Assembly: GCA_019323195.1 (NCBI GenBank)
Contig: JAHWHQ010000036.1
Coordinates: 2,952-66,951 of the forward strand
Reading direction: 5' to 3'
DNA length: 64,000 nucleotides
Source of the DNA: Candidatus Woesearchaeota archaeon
GTDB taxonomy: Archaea; Nanobdellota; Nanobdellia; Woesearchaeales; JACPBV01
The notes under the pieces were generated by a model. It made no database searches. It was not told the DNA's origin and saw nothing but the letters and a program-made list of their open reading frames with translations. Below are positions 1 through 8,692 of this stretch, one piece after another; within the stretch, counting starts at the first letter, position 1, and every line of letters begins with the position of its first letter. A program made the position numbers and the translations under genes.

Positions 1-1709
1 TTTTGCTCTTCCCCAATAATAAGGATTGCGTTGTCAACAAGATATGCCCTTGGGATAAACCTTTTATTAAGGTAAAGATAAGGCCCGAAATTTTCGTCAC
101 ATATGGGGTTGATATCCCTGTCACACCTCTCGAACTCCCTCACAAGGGCCAGATCTTCCGAGCTGATATTATCGGCTGAATAAAAATACCTGGTGTTATA
201 CATGCCCAATACCTTTGCCGGATTAGAGGCTGCCACGGGATTTATAAATTCGAACAGGTATCTTGCCTCGAAGGTATTTAACTGGCCATGTATCGTAGAA
301 ATCCCCATAGGGATCCATAATGACTGGCCGCTACCCCCAATATGGTTAAAAAGGCCCCATCTGTGGCTCCTGAAAAGCCCGCTTTGTCCAGCTTCATGGA
401 GATAAACCATAAGGGGGTTGCTGTTCATCTCCTCTTCCATATTTATACGAACAAAATTCAGTTTGGGTGATTCATAGGGCAAGGTTATGAAGAGAACCAA
501 AACAAAAACAAAAAAACCGGCATTCCGGGCCTTTTTATTTTTTATCCTGCCAACAAGATTCTCAAACAAGAACTTGGCGCCAAATCCGGCCAATACGCTA
601 AAGCAAAAAGGAGCTAAATGCAAGATCCTTATAATATGGTGCTGCCTGCTAAAACCCGGGAAGAATCGCCATAACAGGTAGAAGAGGTAAGAGCCTGTTG
701 AAATATTAAAAAGCAACAAGACAGAAATTACAAAGAATAAGACATATTTGTTTTTTACCAAAGCAAGGGAGAAGATAGCCAAGATAAGCACAATAAGACC
801 TATCTGCAGGTCATTAGAACCTGACATGGTTTCAGATGTAACAAACGCTTTGATGAGCTTACTTGTCATATCCATCATATTTTCATACCGCACATAATGC
901 TGGCCTCTTGCCCCTTCAAAGGACCTGCCACCACTCAGATCAGTAACCTTGCTGAAATCCATCAAAGGGAGAAGCCGTATAGCAGATAGGCCGAACAGGA
1001 CAACCATTAAAACAAGAGATATCAGAACTATTTTTTTGTATTTTTTCATTCCTGTAAAAAAAAGGTATACAAAAAAAAGAGCAACCAAAAAAAGAATATA
1101 TGTAAATACGGAAACATCTCCTGCATGGAATGAAAGGGCAAGAAATATTCCGGCAAAGACAGAACTCTTAATCCACTCTTTTCTTTTATATGCCCGTAAA
1201 ATAAACAGGAAAACAGCAGGCAGCCATACAATGGAGTCAAAATGCAGTTCACCTCCAGATATCAATGAATTTTGATTATACCTATTGAACATAAATGTGA
1301 AGGCTGCTATCAAAGCATATTTGTAATCCAGTTTAAGTTCAAGAACAAGAAAATACATCGAAATGCCAATGATAAACAACTGAATCATCCCCAGCAGGTT
1401 TATAGCCATATTAAACGAAGGAAGAACTAAAACAAGAAGATTTGCTATGTTGAAGATGGGGTGCTGGGGATACTGAAAAAAAGGGGTTCCGCCATAAACA
1501 TAAGGTATCCATAAAGGGAACTGATGATGATTAATTACAGCATCTCTGATAAAAACAGCACTTACATCGTATTGACCGCGCATATCATAGGTAGGATCGT
1601 ATTTATCAAAACTAAACTTAGAATGCCTTATGCCCCATACCAGAACAATTAGCAGAATCAAAAGGGTTCCAAATAATTTTTTGTTTTTTGTCAGATTATT
1701 TAATTGCAT
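1..1709 (-). CDS. Polytopic membrane protein, YfhO-like or GT-C-like putative glycosyltransferase. 5' end present (ATG at 1707-1709 on the minus strand); 3' end runs off the window start.
   Basis: Manual reverse-complement translation from 1709 to 1 is open throughout (569 aa visible). N-terminus MQLNNLTKNKKLFGTLLILLIVLVWG is followed by many hydrophobic segments, including WIPYVYGGTPFF, and then a large hydrophilic C-terminal domain. It is absent from the ORF track only because it hits the window edge. The family assignment is by resemblance only. Confidence 0.55.
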   Translation of the reverse strand, partial: MQLNNLTKNKKLFGTLLILLIVLVWGIRHSKFSFDKYDPTYDMRGQYDVSAVFIRDAVINHHQFPLWIPYVYGGTPFFQYPQHPIFNIANLLVLVLPSFNMAINLLGMIQLFIIGISMYFLVLELKLDYKYALIAAFTFMFNRYNQNSLISGGELHFDSIVWLPAVFLFILRAYKRKEWIKSSVFAGIFLALSFHAGDVSVFTYILFLVALFFVYLFFTGMKKYKKIVLISLVLMVVLFGLSAIRLLPLMDFSKVTDLSGGRSFEGARGQHYVRYENMMDMTSKLIKAFVTSETMSGSNDLQIGLIVLILAIFSLALVKNKYVLFFVISVLLLFNISTGSYLFYLLWRFFPGFSRQHHIIRILHLAPFCFSVLAGFGAKFLFENLVGRIKNKKARNAGFFVFVLVLFITLPYESPKLNFVRINMEEEMNSNPLMVYLHEAGQSGLFRSHRWGLFNHIGGSGQSLWIPMGISTIHGQLNTFEARYLFEFINPVAASNPAKVLGMYNTRYFYSADNISSEDLALVREFERCDRDINPICDENFGPYLYLNKRFIPRAYLVDNAILIIGEEQ

Positions 1710-2034
1710 ATTGAATATAAACTGCCCAGGGCAAAGTAATTAATGATTGTTTTTAAATATTCTGATTTATATTTTTTGTTTATAGAATCGATACCTTAAT
1801 TTCCAAACGAAATGCTCTGAAACCTAGCAACGTTTTTCCTAAAATTGCGAAAGAAGGGCAAAAAGAATGATTGAAAGAATAAAATATGAAGGCAGGGGTT
1901 TCTGATGGCCTTATAGAAGCCAAAAACAATTATATTTAAATACTTTTCTGATTTATAAAGATTTATAAGTAAAACAATAAAAGGGGCTTTTTTGAGCTCC
2001 AGATTTAAAAAAAGAGGTCATAGGGGGTGTTTTT

Positions 2035-2592
2035 ATGGCTAAGAAGAAGGAATCAAAGAAAAGGGACATAAAAGTGGTCAATATAGTTATTTCTACCTCT
2101 TTAGAGCATGATATTCCGCTTGAAAAGATGGCAGCTACGTTATCCAATACCGAATACAACCCTGAGCAGTTCCCAGGGCTTGTTATAAGGATCAAAGAGC
2201 CTAAGACGAGCGCCCTGATATTCAGCTCCGGCAAGGTGGTCTGCACGGGGGCAAGGTCAATGGACAAGGTTCATGAAAGCATCAAAAAGATCATCAAAAG
2301 CTTAGAGAAGATAAATATCAAGATAACGATAAAGCCCGAAATAAAGATCCAGAACATCGTCGCTTCAGGAAGCGTCGGGATGGACCTTAACCTGAATGTC
2401 CTGGCAATGAAGCTTGAGAATACGGAATATGAGCCTGAGCAGTTCCCAGGGCTTGTCTACAAGCTGGAGGAAGCAAGGGCAACATTCCTTCTGTTCAGCA
2501 ACGGAAAGATCGTATGCACAGGGACAAAAAGCGAGAAAGAGGTACACTCTGCACTGGATAAGCTGATAATAAACCTTAAAAAAGTCAAATAA
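2035..2592 (+). CDS. tbp: TATA-box binding protein (TBP)
   Basis: 185 aa with two direct TBP repeats: ...NTEYNPEQFPGLVIRIKEPKTSALIFSSGKVVCTGA... and ...NTEYEPEQFPGLVYKLEEARATFLLFSNGKIVCTGT... This is the canonical archaeal TBP fold signature. Confidence 0.95.
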   Translation: MAKKKESKKRDIKVVNIVISTSLEHDIPLEKMAATLSNTEYNPEQFPGLVIRIKEPKTSALIFSSGKVVCTGARSMDKVHESIKKIIKSLEKINIKITIKPEIKIQNIVASGSVGMDLNLNVLAMKLENTEYEPEQFPGLVYKLEEARATFLLFSNGKIVCTGTKSEKEVHSALDKLIINLKKVK

Positions 2593-2738
2593 AAGCAAAA
2601 GCAGGGTATGATAACCAGGCCATAACATCGATGTTAGTTGGGGGAAGGGTAGTTCAATTTTTTTCATAAGGTAACCCGGAGGGGGTTTTGTTTTCTAATG
2701 GCTGCTAGCCTGCTTCCCCAATGAGATGCAATCTTTAA

Positions 2739-5700
2739 TTGGTGAAAAGAGTATCTAAGATGGAAGCACAAAAACAGATAGAAAAATTTAAGGACCTTAT
2801 AGAAAAGAGCTATCTGGCGGTATTGAACGATAACCTAAGGAAAGACAGAAAGTTCCTTGTCATAGACTTCAATGAACTGAGCAGGTTTGACCCTGAGTTA
2901 GCAGACATCCTTCTTGAACAGCCTGAAGACACCATAAAGGCAGCTGAGATTGCTGTTGACCAACTGGACATAGAGAATTCTGAAAATACAAAGATAAGGT
3001 TCAACAACCTCCCGGAATCACAGCAGATCATGATAAGGAACATAAGAAGCAGGCATCTAAACAAGCTATACCAGATCGAGGGAGTAGTAAGGCAGAAGTC
3101 AGATGTCAGGCCGCAGGTTACTGCAGCAAAATTTGAGTGCCCTTCATGCGGCAACGTCATAAATGTCCTGCAGCTAGACAGCTCTTTTAAGGAACCTTCA
3201 AGATGCGGCTGCGGGAGAAAGGGAAAATTCAGGCTGGTAAGCAAGGAGCTTGTGGATGCACAGGGGATAGTGTTAGAGGAGTCGCCTGAAAGCCTGGAAG
3301 GGGGGGAGCAGCCAAAAAGGATGAACGTCTTCCTGAAGGATGACCTGGTAAGCCCGATATCCGAGAAAAAGACATCGCCAGGGGCAAAGATAAGGGTGGT
3401 GGGGCTGACAAAAGAGGTCCCTATAATAACAAGGACAGGAACCAAATCCACAAGATTTGACCTGCTGATAGAGGCCAATTATGTTGAGCCTGTGGAAGAG
3501 ACGTTTTACGAGGTGGAGGTTACAGAAGAGGAGGAAAGGCAGATAAGGGAACTGGCAGAGGACCCAAAACTGACACAGAAACTGATCAAGTCAATAGCGC
3601 CATCGATATACGGATATGAAAAGGTTAAAGAGGCAATACTCCTGCAGATGATGGGGGGGGTGCATAAGGTAAGAAAGGACGGGGTAGTAAGCAGAGGGGA
3701 TATGCATGTTTTGCTGGTTGGGGATCCGGGAGCTGGGAAATGCCTAGACGCTTCTTCCAAAATCGTGTTAGAGGATGGTGAAATTACTTCCATTAAATCA
3801 TTTTATGAAAAGAATGTTTCATTCAGTAATTTAAATAGAGGTACAATGAAAATTTTTTCAATAAATGAAGATGGATTAAATTTCACAGCACAGCCGGTAA
3901 GATTTTGGAGCAGGAGATCACCAGAAAAGATGCTGAAAATATTAACTGAAACAGGAAATGAGATCATTGTAACAAAAGAGCATCCTCTTTTCACAACAGA
4001 TGACGGGCTGATATTTGCAAAGGAGGCTTATGAGTATAAAGTTGGTGACTATGTAGCAACACCATCAAGGATTAATGTAGAGGGAGCATTGCAGGTTATT
4101 CCCACAGATGTGGTCAAATCCAAATCAAAGAATAGAGTAAAGTACAAAATAAGGGGCGTTCTTGATGCGGAATTTGCCAGGTTATTAGGGTATCTTGTAG
4201 GAGATGGAAATGTAAGATTTAACAAAACTACAGGGGTAATCAGATTTTCCAATAATAATCAAGAGCTGCTAAGGGATTTTGAAGGATTGATTAAAAAACT
4301 ATTTGATCATAAGGTCACTAAAAACAGAAAAAGGGGAACAGATTGCTGGGATTATCGTTGTTTCTCTATAGAACTTGCAAGAATCCTAGAGAAAATAGAT
4401 ATAAACATAACTAAAAAATCAGATAAGATGTGCATATGCCCATTATTGTGCAAATCTCCAAACTATGTCTTAAAAGAGTTTATCAGGTCTTTATTTGATT
4501 GTGAAGGGCATATTAGAAAAGACAGAAGAGAGATAGAATTCAGCTCTAAAAGCAAAGGGCTGATTTACGACCTGAAGCTTGTGTTACTAAGATTTGGAAT
4601 AATCTCACAAATCTCTTCAGCACTGAAGTGTGCAACAAATACAAAAGACAAAATAAAAAGGCGCTATTATAGGTTAAGGATAAGCGGCAAGGACGTATTA
4701 GATTATTATGATCAGATTGGCTTTGTATCCAGTGAAAAACAAGATAGGTTAAGGGTATGGAAAGAAAGCAAGATAAAATTGAATACGAACCTAAATGTTG
4801 TTCCAGGATTAAAGGATGTTCTAAGAGTAGTAAGAAAAAAATATGGCCTCAGCCAATTTTCATTTGAAGTAAGAAGATCAACTTACCAACACTATGAGAA
4901 GGGAGACAGGTTTCCATCATATGAAAAATTGAGAAGTGTTTGTAAAACATACGATGGATTGAAAATTAAGGATCCATTGATAGGGCTTTTGAATCAAATA
5001 GCAAAAACGGACATATTCTGGGATAAAATTAAAAGCATAGATACAATAGATGCTAATGAAGGTTTTGTCTATGACTTAGAAATTGAGAAGACGCATAATT
5101 TTATTGCCGGGGGGGTTGTGGTCCATAATTCAGCCCTACTTAAAAGGTCCAATAAGATTGCGCCAAAATCGAGGTATATCTCAGGAAAAGGCGTTTCGGG
5201 TGCCGGACTTACTGCGGCTGTTGTGAAGGATGAATTCCTTAAGGGGTGGAGCCTGGAGGCTGGAGCTATGGTGCTGGCGTCAAACGGCCTTGTATGCATA
5301 GATGAGATGGACAAGATAAGCCCCGAGGACAGGAGCGCAATGCATGAGGCTATGGAAAACCAGACAGTAAGCATATCAAAGGCAAACATACAGGCAACAC
5401 TGGTGGCAAAAACAACAGTCCTTGCAGCTGCAAACCCCAAGTTCGGCAGGTTTGACCCTTATGGGATAGTGGCAGAACAGATAGACCTTCCGCCTACACT
5501 GATAAACAGGTTTGACCTGATATTTACGATAAAAGACCTGCCCGACGAAAAAAGGGATTCGCTGCTTGCAACGCACATCCTGAACCTGCACCAAAACCCT
5601 AAGATAGAGGAGCCTGAGCTGAGCACTGACCTGCTCAAAAAGTATATAGGTTATGCAAAAAGAAAAATAAAACCTGTACTTTCTGATGGGGCAATCGAAG

Positions 5701-6164
5701 AGATCAAAAAGTATTACCTTAAGATGAGGGCAAGCGGAGGATCAGAGGAAGGGATAAAAACAATACCAATCTCTGCAAGGCAGCTAGAAGCCCTGGTAAG
5801 GCTAAGCGAGGCTAATGCTAGATTGAGGCTGTCTGAAGAGGTTACAAGGAAAGATGCAAAAAATGCAATAAGCCTTCTTGAATACTCGCTTATGGATGTT
5901 GGGTTCGACAAGGAGACAGGAAAGATAGATATAGACAGGATAGCGACAGGGGTATCTGCCTCTGCAAGGAGCCATATAATTACAATAAAAGAGATAATCA
6001 ATGAGCTGGAAGAGAAGATTGGAAAGACAATCCCAATAGATGATGTTGTCGCCGCAGCAAAGGAAAAAGGGATCAATGAGGACAAGGTTGAAGAGGTTGT
6101 GCAGAAACTTAAGATAAAAGGCGACCTATACGAGCCACGCAGCGGTTTTGTATCGCGCATATAA
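2739..6164 (+). CDS. mcm: MCM replicative helicase carrying a 463-aa intein with a LAGLIDADG homing-endonuclease domain inserted in the Walker A P-loop
   Basis: The N-terminal domain has a Zn finger (CPSCGN...CGCG). The AAA+ region has GDPGAGK, then the intein, then SALLKR. Walker B is DEMDKIS and the arginine-finger region is SARQLEALVRL. The extein junction reconstructs the canonical GDPGxxKS motif. Confidence 0.93.
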   Translation: MVKRVSKMEAQKQIEKFKDLIEKSYLAVLNDNLRKDRKFLVIDFNELSRFDPELADILLEQPEDTIKAAEIAVDQLDIENSENTKIRFNNLPESQQIMIRNIRSRHLNKLYQIEGVVRQKSDVRPQVTAAKFECPSCGNVINVLQLDSSFKEPSRCGCGRKGKFRLVSKELVDAQGIVLEESPESLEGGEQPKRMNVFLKDDLVSPISEKKTSPGAKIRVVGLTKEVPIITRTGTKSTRFDLLIEANYVEPVEETFYEVEVTEEEERQIRELAEDPKLTQKLIKSIAPSIYGYEKVKEAILLQMMGGVHKVRKDGVVSRGDMHVLLVGDPGAGKCLDASSKIVLEDGEITSIKSFYEKNVSFSNLNRGTMKIFSINEDGLNFTAQPVRFWSRRSPEKMLKILTETGNEIIVTKEHPLFTTDDGLIFAKEAYEYKVGDYVATPSRINVEGALQVIPTDVVKSKSKNRVKYKIRGVLDAEFARLLGYLVGDGNVRFNKTTGVIRFSNNNQELLRDFEGLIKKLFDHKVTKNRKRGTDCWDYRCFSIELARILEKIDINITKKSDKMCICPLLCKSPNYVLKEFIRSLFDCEGHIRKDRREIEFSSKSKGLIYDLKLVLLRFGIISQISSALKCATNTKDKIKRRYYRLRISGKDVLDYYDQIGFVSSEKQDRLRVWKESKIKLNTNLNVVPGLKDVLRVVRKKYGLSQFSFEVRRSTYQHYEKGDRFPSYEKLRSVCKTYDGLKIKDPLIGLLNQIAKTDIFWDKIKSIDTIDANEGFVYDLEIEKTHNFIAGGVVVHNSALLKRSNKIAPKSRYISGKGVSGAGLTAAVVKDEFLKGWSLEAGAMVLASNGLVCIDEMDKISPEDRSAMHEAMENQTVSISKANIQATLVAKTTVLAAANPKFGRFDPYGIVAEQIDLPPTLINRFDLIFTIKDLPDEKRDSLLATHILNLHQNPKIEEPELSTDLLKKYIGYAKRKIKPVLSDGAIEEIKKYYLKMRASGGSEEGIKTIPISARQLEALVRLSEANARLRLSEEVTRKDAKNAISLLEYSLMDVGFDKETGKIDIDRIATGVSASARSHIITIKEIINELEEKIGKTIPIDDVVAAAKEKGINEDKVEEVVQKLKIKGDLYEPRSGFVSRI
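3741..5129 (+). mobile_element. Intein (Cys1 to His-Asn) with a LAGLIDADG homing endonuclease, inside mcm
   Basis: Starts CLDASSKIVLEDGE (block A, Cys1). Block B is TKEHPLFT. The LAGLIDADG motifs are LLGYLVGDGNV and LKEFIRSLFDCEGHI. It ends FVYDLEIEKTHNFIAGGVVVHN and is followed by the +1 Ser. The insert is in frame (1389 nt). Confidence 0.9.
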
Positions 6165-6235
6165 TGTCTTTTTTGGGCCAATATCTGTTTTCTTAAAAAC
6201 AAAAAAATATATAAAGAACAGCAGTTACTTTTTTA

Positions 6236-6916
6236 ATGGGGGTTTTATTCATGGAGAAATTACAGAAGAGGCAAGTAGCTTATAAGGTAAGGATCGATGA
6301 TATCATCAAAGGCGAGTATGTAAAGGAAGAGGGTGAATGGGTCCCGAACTACATCAGGATAGGGGACAAGAAGGCTTCAAGGGTTAACTTAATTGCGGTT
6401 GTTGTCTCAAAACATGACCTGGAGAATACCAACTACCAAAGCATGATCATAGATGACGGGTCAGGCAGAATCTCAATAAGAAGCTTTGATGAAGGAAATA
6501 ATTTCAACAATATTGGGGTTGGAGATTTCGTATTGGTGGTGGGAAGGCCAAGGGAATATTTCAATGAGAAATACATAGTCCTGGAGATATTCAAAAAGAT
6601 AAAGGACCCTATGTGGGTAGAGGTAAGAAAATTAGAGCTTGGCGGCAATAAGGAGAGCAAAAAAGAGCCGATAATGAATGAGCGGCCCGAGGAAGCCGGC
6701 AAAGAAGAAGCAATTGATGCAGATAAGACTTCAGGAGAGGATATGGCCAAGAGGATATTCAAGCTTATAAAGGAGGAAGACAGGGGTAGCGGAGTAGATA
6801 CGCAGGAGGTAATAACAAAATCAAATATAAATGAGGCAGAAAGGATCATAACCCGGCTGCTTGAAGAGGGAGAGGTCTTTGAGATCAAGCCAGGAAAACT
6901 TAAGATACTAGAATAA
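6236..6916 (+). CDS. OB-fold ssDNA-binding protein with an acidic linker and a C-terminal winged helix (RPA2/RPA32-like)
   Basis: The OB-fold pattern is VNLIAVVVSK...IDDGSGRISIRSF...GDFVLVVGRPREY. An acidic linker (EPIMNERPEEAGKEEAIDAD) follows, then a wH-like tail (VDTQEVITKS...AERIITRLLEEGEVFEIKPGKLKIL). It lies immediately downstream of mcm. Confidence 0.5.
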   Translation: MGVLFMEKLQKRQVAYKVRIDDIIKGEYVKEEGEWVPNYIRIGDKKASRVNLIAVVVSKHDLENTNYQSMIIDDGSGRISIRSFDEGNNFNNIGVGDFVLVVGRPREYFNEKYIVLEIFKKIKDPMWVEVRKLELGGNKESKKEPIMNERPEEAGKEEAIDADKTSGEDMAKRIFKLIKEEDRGSGVDTQEVITKSNINEAERIITRLLEEGEVFEIKPGKLKILE

Positions 6917-7741
6917 TACAGGCGTAACAAAGGATTCTAGGAGGGCTGCTACCAGGAGGATAACAATGGACAGCAAAAGGAGGTCTGTCGAGTCCAAAAG
7001 GACATTCTGAAATTTTTTCGACCTGAAGTCGTGCTTTATTATGGCTATAGAAACGATGCCGGCAGCAAGACCGCCTATGAAATAAGCCAGGATCTCGGGT
7101 ATGCCGTGGACCATATACCTTAAGATGCCAAGGGATGCTATCTTAAAGTAAACAGTGAAATGGGCCACGCCGGAGACGTTGCTCCTTATAAAATTGCCTA
7201 TGGCAGCACCTATGACCGATGCGTTCCATGCAAGGATAAAAATTGCCCCAAAACCATAGACAAAGGCAAAGACCAGGCAGAGTATCAGGACCTTGATGTT
7301 ATTAAAGAAGATCTTTGAGAATAAAGCAAACTGGTTTACGCTGTGGCCGGTTATCTGGGTATTAATATCTGTAATTGTCTTTGTCTGGATGGAGAACAAG
7401 GTGTTAGTGACATTAGCAGGAAGAAAGACATACCATAGCGTGAAAGAGATAGTAATGCCCAAAAAAAGGAATATGAAAAATGAGAGCGCCCTGCCATGCT
7501 CTTTTATGAGGGCCCTTTCACTGGATATTTCCAGGTCCTTTTTTTCTTCGAGCTTAATTGTCCCATACATGATAGGGACAGAAGCCGTCACTGTCAGAAA
7601 AACCATCACAAGGCTGGCATGGGGCCTGAAGATCCACAGGCTTAAAAGTATGGCTATGGAAGAATAGAACATACCTATAAAGAACATCTCCCATGGCTTT
7701 CTTTCTGCCTTGAACGGCTTTATTAAGGATTCTACGACCAT
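6908..7741 (-). CDS. Polytopic membrane protein (possibly the SpoIIM/DUF95 family)
   Basis: 277 aa with about 6 hydrophobic helices. It is convergent with the upstream gene. The family call is tentative. Confidence 0.35.
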   Translation of the reverse strand: MVVESLIKPFKAERKPWEMFFIGMFYSSIAILLSLWIFRPHASLVMVFLTVTASVPIMYGTIKLEEKKDLEISSERALIKEHGRALSFFIFLFLGITISFTLWYVFLPANVTNTLFSIQTKTITDINTQITGHSVNQFALFSKIFFNNIKVLILCLVFAFVYGFGAIFILAWNASVIGAAIGNFIRSNVSGVAHFTVYFKIASLGILRYMVHGIPEILAYFIGGLAAGIVSIAIIKHDFRSKKFQNVLLDSTDLLLLSIVILLVAALLESFVTPVLF

Positions 7742-7879
7742 CTTTGGATTTTTTAGCTGGTTATTTATATAGTTTTCTATAGGATTTCCCTATATAAAAA
7801 AGATTAAATACCTTTGAATATATAAACATAACTGAAAATAATTAAATTTATATAGGGTTCATGACTTTCACCTGTTAAA

Positions 7880-8287
7880 GTGGAATATAAAGAACTATTA
7901 AAGAAAGCCAGGGAACAATTGCCCAAATCTGTTTTCGAGAAAGAAAGGTTTGAAATACCCAAGGCAAGGGGCCATATACAGGGGAACAGGACTGTATTAA
8001 GCAACTTTCTCCAGATAGCTGATATATTGGGAAGACCAGCAGAACATCTGCTTAAATATATCCTTAAAGAGCTGGCTACGCCGGGAGAGGTTAAGAAAAG
8101 CGGCTCTGTCATAATAGGAACAAAGGTGGGAGCCTCAAGGATAAATGAAAAGATTAGGCAATATGCTAACGAGTTTGTTCTTTGCAGTGAATGCGGAAAG
8201 CCTGACACAAAGATAGAAAAAGAGGATAAGTTTACTTTTTTAAAGTGCCATGCATGCGGAGCAAAACATCCTATAAAGGCCAGATAA
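7880..8287 (+). CDS. eif2b: Translation initiation factor aIF2 beta subunit
   Basis: 135 aa. It has the conserved aIF2-beta core (FLQIADILGRPAEHLLKYILKELATPGE) and a C-terminal C4 zinc ribbon (CSECGKPDT...CHACGA). Confidence 0.9.
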   Translation: MEYKELLKKAREQLPKSVFEKERFEIPKARGHIQGNRTVLSNFLQIADILGRPAEHLLKYILKELATPGEVKKSGSVIIGTKVGASRINEKIRQYANEFVLCSECGKPDTKIEKEDKFTFLKCHACGAKHPIKAR

Positions 8288-8368
8288 AAGCTGCTTATAA
8301 GACAATCTGGACTGATGTTTTGCAGGAGGATGTTTTTGTAATAACCAAATTGTATGCATTTGATATGA

Positions 8369-8671
8369 TTGATGTTCAAAATGATAGTTAAGATACATAA
8401 GACTGCAGAAGGAAGGAAGATAGTGGCTATATGCGACAATAACCTGATAGGGAAGAGGTTTGAAGAAGGAAAACTGCAGCTTGACCTGAATTCTGCTTTC
8501 TATAAAGGAAAAGAGATGGGGAAGGAAGAGGTTAAGGAGCTGCTTAAAGAGCCCTGTATTGTAAATATAGTGGGTGAAGAAAGCGTTAATTTCGCCCTAC
8601 AGGCAGGAATCGCGAATAAGAAAGATGTTCTCAGGATAAGCAATATACCCCATGTAGAGGCAATAATATAG
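8369..8671 (+). CDS. DUF424-family archaeal protein
   Basis: 100 aa with KIHKTAEGRKIVAICDNNLIGKRFEEGKLQLDL...FYKGKE. Size and motif match DUF424, which is typically encoded next to aIF2-beta in archaea. Confidence 0.6.
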   Translation: MMFKMIVKIHKTAEGRKIVAICDNNLIGKRFEEGKLQLDLNSAFYKGKEMGKEEVKELLKEPCIVNIVGEESVNFALQAGIANKKDVLRISNIPHVEAII

Positions 8672-8692
8672 CAAAGTAGAAGCGAATTTGAT

